From: Planctomycetota bacterium
Lineage (GTDB): Bacteria; Planctomycetota; MHYJ01; WSZJ01
Direction: 5' to 3'
DNA length: 64,000 nt
Assembly (NCBI GenBank): GCA_038060895.1
Contig: JBBTCT010000024.1
Location: forward strand, 168,717 to 232,716
Both the position numbers and the translations under genes were made by a program. The notes under the pieces were generated by a model. It saw nothing but the letters and a program-made list of their open reading frames with translations. It made no database searches and had not been told where the DNA came from. Below, in pieces: positions 56,859 through 64,000 of this stretch (positions are counted from its first letter, which is position 1; the number at the start of each line of letters is the position of its first letter).

Positions 56859-59261
56859 CTATTTGTTTCCGGCCACGGGGATCGCCACCACTCGAATCCC
56901 GACGTACGGCCGGATGATCTTCGGCCGGATCCCGAATTTGTACGCCGACCGCAGCATCTCCCCCGTGTTCATGCACGCGCCGCCGCGGACCGCGCGCCAG
57001 TCGCCGCCGGAGCGGGAAGCGAAATTGCGGCACCAGGTGGCGACGTTGCCGGCGAGGTCGCGGACGCCGTAAGGCGAAGTGTCCGACGGCATCGCGCCCA
57101 CCGGCAGCAGCCGCGGCCCTTCCTTGTGCGCGTGGCGGCAGTTCGAAAACGTCGGGTCGTAGTAGTCGCCCCACGGAAACTTGCGCCCGTCCACGCCGCG
57201 CGCGGCCTTCTCGAAATCGTTGTCGTGCGGCAACCGTATCGCCCGACGATCCCGCTTCGCGCGCCACGCCGCGTACGCCGCCGCCGTCGCCCACGCGATC
57301 CCCATGATCGGAAAGCGCGGGTTCCACGGCTGCTGCTGGATCGGCGTCGGCAGCTTTCCGCCCGGCGGCCGTTTCGGGTACAGGCCGTCGCGCCCCGGCT
57401 TCCACCACGACTCGAGCGTCACGTCGTGCCGCGGCGCGTGCGCCGCCGCTTCCGCCGGGTCGATGCCGTTCAGGAACTCGCGGTACTCGGCGAGCGTGAC
57501 CGCGTCCTTGCCCACGAACACGTCCGGCCAGTCGATCGTCCCGCGGTCGGGCACCGTCGCGTCCGCGTCGCCGCCGGCGATGAAGGGGCCCGCGGGGACG
57601 TGGATGAATCCGTCGCCGATTTCGTCGCGCGTGAACATCGTCACCTCGGGCGACGCGTCCTCGCACCGGCCGATGCGCACCGGCAAGCGCGTCGGCGCGA
57701 GCCCTTTCGCTTCGAGCACCACGAAGTAACTCCCCATCGGCAATCTCACGCGCGGCGTCGGCGTGCGCCCGAGGAACGCCGCTCGGACCGGCACCAGCCG
57801 CCGATCGCGCTCCTTCCACTCGAAGAGCTGCGCTTCCGCGACGATCTCCTCGCGCCGGCACTTCGCGCCATGCTGCCGCTCGCCGCCCGCGTCCCGGGTG
57901 AGGCAGTCGCACGCGAACCGGAAAGCCCGCGCCGTGAGCGACCCGTCGCCCTTGAGCCGCTCCGCGTACTCTCCGCCGTCCACGGCTTCCAGCACTCGCC
58001 GGGCCAGCCGCGCACGCGATTCGTCGCCATCCGTCTCCGCTTCCGCAAATCGCTCCCAGTGAAGCCGCGCCTTGCCCGCGCGCGCGGCTTCGCACGCCGG
58101 GTCCACGCCGAGCGCCGACGTGAACGCCGCGTCCGCCGTGGCGAATGCGTCGATTGCCGCGTTGGACATCGTGCGTTCCCGGTCCTCCAGCGCCCAGAGA
58201 GCGCGCCGTTCCGCGGCCGTCCGCCACACCGACCCGTCGCCGCGCAGCCGCTTGACCTGCGCCGACACCCGCGCGAGCGAGGCGCGCAGCTTCGGAAGTG
58301 ACGATGACGCCTTCACGCCTTCCGCCACGCCGTGCAGCGCCAGCGCGCGCCGGCGTTCGAGATCCTCGGCGCGCTCGAGCCACACCTGGACGGCGTCGTG
58401 AAGTTCGCGCGCGCCCGCGGGGCGATTCGCCGGGTCCCGCTCCATCGCGCGCGCCGCGAGCGCGCCCAGCTCCCGCGGCGGGTCCTTCCCCAGCACGTCG
58501 CGCAGGATCGCCCCCAGCGACCAGACGTCGCTACGCTCCGTGACGGTCCGCCCCTCGGCCTGCTCCGGCGCCATGTACCCGGGCGTCCCGAGCACCTGCC
58601 CGTCGAGCGTGAACGTTGTCTCCCCTTCCTTCACGGCCCGCGCCCTCGCCGTCCGCGTGCGCTCGGCGGCACTCCCGAGACCCGGTGCCTTCGCGAGCCC
58701 CCAGTCCACCAGAAGCGTCTCCCCGAATTTTCCGATCATCACGTTCTGCGGCTTGAGGTCCCGGTGGATCACGCCGCGGTCGTGCGCGAACGCGATCGCC
58801 ATGCAGATGTCCTGGAAGATGCCGAGAAGACGCACGCGGCCGGCCTCGTGCCTTTTGAGAAGCGTCGCCAGGTCCTCGCCTTCGATCAGCTTCATGCAGA
58901 AAAACGCCTGGTCCCCCTCGCGTCCGAGGTCGTGGACGGGAACGATGTGCGGATGCTCGAGGCGCGCCGTGACCTCCGCCTCGAACACGAAACGTTCCCG
59001 GACTTCCGGCGCGACGTCCGCCCCGAGCCGGATGACTTTCAGCGCGACCGGGCGGCCGATCGTGTTGTCCCACGCCTCGAGCACGGTTCCCATGCCCCCG
59101 TGCGCGATCTCGCGGCGGATCGAGTATCGGCCGCCGAAGCGCGCGGCTCCGGCCGCGGCCGGTGCCGCGGCGAGAGGCTCGCCGAGGATCGAGGCCGCGA
59201 TGCGGCGCGCGGCGCGCACCGATGTTTTGTTTTCGGAGGGGCGTTTCTTACCCGAGCGCAT
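56859..59261 (-). CDS. Hanks-type Ser/Thr kinase fused to FGE-sulfatase (SUMF1-like) domain
   Basis: GGMG.V, VALK, HRDLKPQN, DWGLAK, GTPGYMAPE; FEKAARG.DGR.FPWG, SPYG..DLAGNV. Confidence 0.9.
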   Translation of the reverse strand: MRSGKKRPSENKTSVRAARRIAASILGEPLAAAPAAAGAARFGGRYSIRREIAHGGMGTVLEAWDNTIGRPVALKVIRLGADVAPEVRERFVFEAEVTARLEHPHIVPVHDLGREGDQAFFCMKLIEGEDLATLLKRHEAGRVRLLGIFQDICMAIAFAHDRGVIHRDLKPQNVMIGKFGETLLVDWGLAKAPGLGSAAERTRTARARAVKEGETTFTLDGQVLGTPGYMAPEQAEGRTVTERSDVWSLGAILRDVLGKDPPRELGALAARAMERDPANRPAGARELHDAVQVWLERAEDLERRRALALHGVAEGVKASSSLPKLRASLARVSAQVKRLRGDGSVWRTAAERRALWALEDRERTMSNAAIDAFATADAAFTSALGVDPACEAARAGKARLHWERFAEAETDGDESRARLARRVLEAVDGGEYAERLKGDGSLTARAFRFACDCLTRDAGGERQHGAKCRREEIVAEAQLFEWKERDRRLVPVRAAFLGRTPTPRVRLPMGSYFVVLEAKGLAPTRLPVRIGRCEDASPEVTMFTRDEIGDGFIHVPAGPFIAGGDADATVPDRGTIDWPDVFVGKDAVTLAEYREFLNGIDPAEAAAHAPRHDVTLESWWKPGRDGLYPKRPPGGKLPTPIQQQPWNPRFPIMGIAWATAAAYAAWRAKRDRRAIRLPHDNDFEKAARGVDGRKFPWGDYYDPTFSNCRHAHKEGPRLLPVGAMPSDTSPYGVRDLAGNVATWCRNFASRSGGDWRAVRGGACMNTGEMLRSAYKFGIRPKIIRPYVGIRVVAIPVAGNK

Positions 59262-59973
59262 CCAGCAGCTCCTTCAACCCCGCCTTCAGATCCTCCCCCG
59301 CCACTTCCCCCAGGTCCGCCCTCACCTGCGCCTCAAGGCACGCGCGCAACAGCCCCTTCACCCGCGCCTCCGACGCCTTCGCCCGCCCCTCCGTCAGCTT
59401 CAGCGCCCGCCCCGCCTCCGACCGCGACGGCCGCTCCGCCCCCGACTCCAGCGGCCCCCGGTACCGCGCTTCCAGCCACCGCGCCGCGTCCAGCTCGCCC
59501 GCCGCCGCCAGCGCCCGCTCGCACGCCGACACCGCGTCGCGCACGGACGCCAGCGCCCACTCCCGTTCGAACGCCCGTTGCGGATCCACCCCGCCCGCAC
59601 GGTACTCCGCGACCCGCTCCTCGAGATTCCCGACCTTCACCCAGCCTCCCCCGCGCTTCGCAGCCCGCTCCGCGACCTTGCGGTCCTTGTGGAAGCGCTT
59701 GAACACCACCAGCAGCCACGACCGGAACCGCCCCTTCGCCGGGTCAAACCCCTCGACCCGCGGCGCTTCCATGAGGTAGGCCAGGAACGACTGAACGAGA
59801 TCCTCCGCGTCCACCTGCGAGAGGCGCCGCTCGAGCAGCGCGAAGACGAGAAGCGGCCGCGAGTACCGCCGATAGAACTCCTCCCACGCCTCCGGCCCCG
59901 GCGACGCCAGCCGGCGCACGAGGCCGAGGCTGGTCGGGGGAAACGGTCCGTGCGAGGGGAATCCCGCGGTCAC
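59248..59973 (-). CDS. ECF RNA polymerase sigma factor
   Basis: FPPTS, AW..FY.RY, DAEDLVQ.F, KGRFRSWL, KRGGG, F.REWA; GTG at 59973. Confidence 0.85.
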   Translation of the reverse strand: MTAGFPSHGPFPPTSLGLVRRLASPGPEAWEEFYRRYSRPLLVFALLERRLSQVDAEDLVQSFLAYLMEAPRVEGFDPAKGRFRSWLLVVFKRFHKDRKVAERAAKRGGGWVKVGNLEERVAEYRAGGVDPQRAFEREWALASVRDAVSACERALAAAGELDAARWLEARYRGPLESGAERPSRSEAGRALKLTEGRAKASEARVKGLLRACLEAQVRADLGEVAGEDLKAGLKELLDALG

Positions 59974-60467
59974 GCGTCGCGCGGCAGTGCCGGCACCGCC
60001 GGCGCCGGGGGGCGCGGAAGCGCGCGACGGAGCACGAGCGCGTAGCGCGGATCCCACCGCCTCGCACACTTGCCGCACGACAGCGTCACCCTCTTGCGTG
60101 TCTTCACCTCGATGCCGCAGGCCGGGCACGCGTACAGCCACTTGTACGGGCGCCCGGGCATCGGCCGCGCCTTGACGTCGCACCCGAGCCGCTTCGCTTC
60201 CTCGCGGAATTTCCGCCCGTGCCCGAGCACGCCCGCCGCATGGATCAACTCGTGCTTCAGCGTGTTGAGGATTTCCTGCGGGAACGCCGCGTGGTACTGC
60301 CAGCTGAGCCGGATCACGCCGCGTTTGTAGTAGCAGAGCCCCGCCGACCGCCGCATCCGCCGGCTCCACTGCACGCGGTACGAAACGCGCACATCGGGGA
60401 AGTACTGCGCCAGGAGCGCCTTCAGCGCGAGGTCGAGTTCATGTTCCTCAGGAAGCGAATGGCTCAT
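59970..60467 (-). CDS. SprT-like zinc metalloprotease
   Basis: WS.RM.RSAG, HELIH, HG..F, Y.C..C and C..C. Confidence 0.85.
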   Translation of the reverse strand: MSHSLPEEHELDLALKALLAQYFPDVRVSYRVQWSRRMRRSAGLCYYKRGVIRLSWQYHAAFPQEILNTLKHELIHAAGVLGHGRKFREEAKRLGCDVKARPMPGRPYKWLYACPACGIEVKTRKRVTLSCGKCARRWDPRYALVLRRALPRPPAPAVPALPRDA

Positions 60468-60605
60468 GGGCCCACATTTACTCCCGCCTCCGCCTCCCGG
60501 TCAACGACCCGCGCTCGCGGGTAGTGGGTCAGATTGAATCTCGCGGCTGGTGAAGTTCACCCGGAATTCTGTTGACCGAGGTTCGGCGGAGGTCGCCGTT
60601 TTTCC

Positions 60606-60774
60606 CTCGGGGGGTGCTGGCCAGGCGCATTCGCGGGTTTGGGAAGGGCGGGCGCGGAGGTGGCAGCGGCGGCGACAAATCTAGACTTTTCTTTGACCTG
60701 AACCCGTTCGCCGCTGCCGCCGGAGCATCCGCCCTTCCCAAATCCGCGAATGCGCTTGACCAGCACCCCCCGAG
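60606..60774. repeat. 169-bp long inverted repeat upstream of pilB
   Basis: About 50-bp arms differing by 5 transitions, plus an inner GC stem. Confidence 0.75.
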
Positions 60775-60853
60775 AGGCGTAAAAAACATGTTCGCCCTCT
60801 GCGGAATCGGGCACCCTTCTCACCCCACGGCACCCCGCGACGGAGACACCCGG

Positions 60854-62578
60854 ATGGCCCTGAACGGTCCGCAGAAACCCCTCGGCCAGCTCCTGAAGGA
60901 AATGGAGCTCGTCACCGAGGGGCAGATCCAGGAAGCGCTCGCGCTCCAGCGAGAAAAGGGCGGCGCCCTCGGAAGCATCCTGGTCGAACTCGGTTACGTC
61001 AGCGAAGAGGAAATGCTGCTCGCGCTCGGCGCCCAGGTCGGGATGGAGGTCGTCAACCTCGACGACATGAAGATCGAGCGCGGGACGCTCGAAAAAGTCT
61101 CACCGACGATGGCGAAGGTCTACAAGATCATCCCGGTGAAGTTTGAAAACAACATGCTGACGGTCGCGATGGCCGACCCGCTCAACGTCAGCGTGCTCGA
61201 CGACCTGCGCTTCATGCTCAACTGCGACGTGCAGGGCGCCGTCTCGAACGAAGAAGCGGTGACCCGCGCGATCAACCACTACTACGCGGGGCAGACGGCG
61301 ACGGTCGAAGACCTGCTGGCCAAGCTCGGCGAGGACACCGCGGCCGACGCGGAGGTCATCAAGGAAGGCCAGAAGGGGATGGTCGATCTTTCCAACGTCG
61401 CCCAGGCCGCCAACGCCGCGCCCGTCGTCAAGCTGCTCAACCTGATTCTCCTGCAGGCCATCAAGGACCAGTCCTCCGACATTCATTTCGAGCCCTTCGA
61501 GACCGAATTCAAGGTCCGCTACCGCGTGGACGGCGTGCTCTACGAAATGATGCCGCCGCCGCTTCACCTGGCCATCGCGCTCATCTCCCGCATCAAGGTC
61601 ATGAGCAACCTCGACATTTCCGAAACGCGCCTGCCGCAGGACGGCCGCATCATGCTGGCGATCGGCGGCAAGCCGGTGGACCTGCGCGTCTCGACGCTCC
61701 CGACGATGTTCGGGGAGTCGGTCGTCATGCGCGTCCTGGACCGGTCGGTCGTGTCGCTGGACATCGACAACATCGGGATGCGGGAAGAAGACTTCAAGCT
61801 CATCAAGCTGCTCCTCGAGCTCCCGAACGGGATTCTCATCGTCACGGGCCCGACCGGCTCCGGCAAGACGACGACGCTGTACTCGTGCCTGAACTACATT
61901 AACGACGTGAAGTGGAAGACGATCACGACCGAGGACCCGGTGGAATACGACCTCGACGGCATCGTGCAGGTGCAGATCAACGAAGAAGTCGGCGTCACGT
62001 ACGGCGCCTGCCTGCGCGCGATCCTGCGTCAGGACCCGGACTACATCCTGGTCGGAGAAATCCGAGACCTCGAGACGGCGCAGATCGCCGTCGAAGCGGC
62101 GCTCACGGGCCACCTGGTGTTCTCGACCCTGCACACCAACGACGCGCCGTCCGCCATCACCCGACTGCTCGACCTCGGGATCGAGAGCTTCCTTATCAGC
62201 GCGTGTCTTGAAGCCATCGTCGCCCAGCGCCTCGTGCGCCGCATCTGCGTGAAGTGCAAGTCCGAGTTCGAGCCGACCGAGGACATGCTCCTGCAGCTCG
62301 GCCTCCGCCCCGCCGACGTCGAAGGCAAGCGCTTCATGTATGGCACCGGCTGCAACCACTGCAACAACACGGGCTACAAAGGCCGCCAGGCGATCTTCGA
62401 GATCATGCTGCTCACCGACCGCATCAAGAACCTGATCATGACGCACGCTTCGACGGACGAGATCCGCCGCACCGCGCGTGAGCAGGGATTGAAGGTTCTG
62501 CGTGAATCCGGGCTTCTCGCCATTTACGATGGCGTGACCACCATTGACGAAGTCGTCCGCGAGACGCTGTTCAACTAA
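60854..62578 (+). CDS. pilB: Type IV pilus / T2SS assembly ATPase (PilB/GspE)
   Basis: N-terminal LG..L motifs, [34 protein letters not shown], tetracysteine motif; ATG at 60854. Confidence 0.9.
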   Translation: MALNGPQKPLGQLLKEMELVTEGQIQEALALQREKGGALGSILVELGYVSEEEMLLALGAQVGMEVVNLDDMKIERGTLEKVSPTMAKVYKIIPVKFENNMLTVAMADPLNVSVLDDLRFMLNCDVQGAVSNEEAVTRAINHYYAGQTATVEDLLAKLGEDTAADAEVIKEGQKGMVDLSNVAQAANAAPVVKLLNLILLQAIKDQSSDIHFEPFETEFKVRYRVDGVLYEMMPPPLHLAIALISRIKVMSNLDISETRLPQDGRIMLAIGGKPVDLRVSTLPTMFGESVVMRVLDRSVVSLDIDNIGMREEDFKLIKLLLELPNGILIVTGPTGSGKTTTLYSCLNYINDVKWKTITTEDPVEYDLDGIVQVQINEEVGVTYGACLRAILRQDPDYILVGEIRDLETAQIAVEAALTGHLVFSTLHTNDAPSAITRLLDLGIESFLISACLEAIVAQRLVRRICVKCKSEFEPTEDMLLQLGLRPADVEGKRFMYGTGCNHCNNTGYKGRQAIFEIMLLTDRIKNLIMTHASTDEIRRTAREQGLKVLRESGLLAIYDGVTTIDEVVRETLFN

Positions 62579-62597
62579 TCCTTAGGAGCCGCGCGCC

Positions 62598-63830
62598 ATG
62601 CCGATTTTTACGTACGAAGCGGTCGACAACAAAGGCAAGAAGATCAAGGCCGAGGTTGACGCCGCGAACCAGCAGGAGGCGATGACCAAGGTCCACGCCC
62701 AGGGCCTGTTCCCGACGAACGTGCAGCAGAAGGGCGCCGACGCCGCAAAAGGCGCCATGGCGGCGACGAAGAAGAAAGGACTGAAGCTGGGCGGCGGCGT
62801 CTCCCAGAAGCAGCTGACGCAGTTCACGGTGCAGCTTTCGATTCTTCAGGACGCCGGCCTGCCGATCGTCCGGTCGCTGAAGATCCTGGCGGACCAGATG
62901 AAGCCGTGCGCGCTCAAGGGAATCGTCGCGCAGGTGGCCGAGGACGTCGAATCCGGCTCGAGCCTTTCGGAAGCGCTCTCGAAGCACCCGAAGGCGTTTG
63001 ACCGGCTGTACGTGAACATGGTGAAGGCAGGTGAGGCAGGCGGCGTGCTCGACACCATCCTGCAGCGTCTTGCGGTGTACATGGAAAAAGCCGCGGCCTT
63101 GAAGCGGAAGATCATCGGCGCCAGCATTTACCCGGCGGCGGTCATCTCGATCGCCGTCCTGATCGTGTCAGGCATTTTGATCTGGGTCATTCCGCAGTTC
63201 AAAGTCGTGTTCGACGACCTCGGCGCCGAGCTGCCGATCCCGACCATGATCCTGATGAAGCTGTCGGACTTCCTGGTCGCCTTCTGGTGGCTCCTGCCCG
63301 GCGTGCCCTTCGCCCTCTACATGTCCTACAAGATGACGGTCAAGAACAAGGGCGGCCGCATCGCGCTGGACAAGTTCAAGCTGCACATGCCGCTCTTCGG
63401 CGACATCATCAAGAAGTCCACGATCAGCCGCTTCTGCAGAACGCTGGGAACCCTGATCGCGTCCGGCGTGCCCATCCTTGAAGCGTTGTCGATCGTGAAG
63501 AACGCCGTCGGCAACGAAGTCATCGCGAACGCGGTGCAGGTCGTGCACGATTCGATCCGTGAAGGAGAATCGATCGCCGAGCCGCTCGCGCAAACCAAGG
63601 TGTTCGACGACATCGTCATCAACATGATCGACGTCGGCGAAGAGACGGGAGAACTGGACAAGATGCTCATCAAGGTCGCCGACAACTACGACGACGAGGT
63701 CGACGCCGCCGTCGGCGCGCTCATGTCGATCATGGAACCCATGATGATCATCGGCATGGGTCTCACAATCGGATTCATCGTCGTCGCCCTGTTCCTTCCG
63801 CTTGTGAGCTTGATCAACACGATGAAGTAG
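62598..63830 (+). CDS. pilC: Type IV pilus / T2SS platform protein (PilC/GspF)
   Basis: FTVQL..L..AGLP, GEAGG.LD, GEETGELD, EP. Confidence 0.9.
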   Translation: MPIFTYEAVDNKGKKIKAEVDAANQQEAMTKVHAQGLFPTNVQQKGADAAKGAMAATKKKGLKLGGGVSQKQLTQFTVQLSILQDAGLPIVRSLKILADQMKPCALKGIVAQVAEDVESGSSLSEALSKHPKAFDRLYVNMVKAGEAGGVLDTILQRLAVYMEKAAALKRKIIGASIYPAAVISIAVLIVSGILIWVIPQFKVVFDDLGAELPIPTMILMKLSDFLVAFWWLLPGVPFALYMSYKMTVKNKGGRIALDKFKLHMPLFGDIIKKSTISRFCRTLGTLIASGVPILEALSIVKNAVGNEVIANAVQVVHDSIREGESIAEPLAQTKVFDDIVINMIDVGEETGELDKMLIKVADNYDDEVDAAVGALMSIMEPMMIIGMGLTIGFIVVALFLPLVSLINTMK

Positions 63831-63847
63831 CGTTTTGGTTGAACATC

Positions 63848-63879
63848 AGCCCCCGCCGCAAGGCGGGGGCTTTTTTTTT
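63848..63879 (+). terminator. Intrinsic terminator after pilC
   Basis: GCCCCCGCC-GCAA-GGCGGGGGC then T9. Confidence 0.85.
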
Positions 63880-64000
63880 GGAAAACGGCAGGGGATGGGG
63901 TGACGGCGATGCCATCCGCGATCTCGAAGCAGCCGGACCTGCTGTGGTGTGCAATCGGCGACGGCAGAGAGCGGCAGGCGCTCGAGGCGCGGTCTCGGCG

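Overview
GC-rich bacterial window. It is probably from a Planctomycetota/PVC-like organism (inferred from the ECF sigma + Ser/Thr kinase pair and CRTAC/ASPIC proteins; not proven). 1-20 kb (+) is a surface-polysaccharide modification cluster: two AsnB-type amidotransferases, glycosyltransferases, FkbM and other methyltransferases, AKR, GMC oxidoreductase, a heparinase II/III-like protein, wecB and a Wzx flippase. 20-36 kb (mostly -) is a complete but scrambled lasso-peptide cluster: B2 peptidase, cyclase, a precursor with core GTGSIGGDLSKQMGIV, RRE, HPr-like kinase, nucleotidyltransferase and a PRMT-like methyltransferase. It is interrupted by (i) a two-domain DUF3494 ice-binding-like lipoprotein, (ii) a CRTAC/FG-GAP-ASPIC-thioredoxin-TPR gene broken only by an in-frame UGA followed by a SECIS-like hairpin (candidate selenoprotein), (iii) a truncated cyclase duplicate and (iv) an anti-phage-type dCTP deaminase with an in-frame amber codon. 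37-43 kb holds O-antigen ligase/TPR, a beta-barrel and wza. 43-52.5 kb is housekeeping: tig-clpP-clpX, a PTPS/QueD-family gene, typA and tRNA-Gly. 52.6-56.8 kb has three secreted matrixin-like proteases sharing a C-terminal CGLTGLE-hydrophobic-basic tail, two of them coupled to small secreted partners. The window ends with SprT-ECF-STK/FGE and pilB-pilC. Several long intergenic inverted repeats are present. All family calls come from motif recognition by eye; no database search was run.
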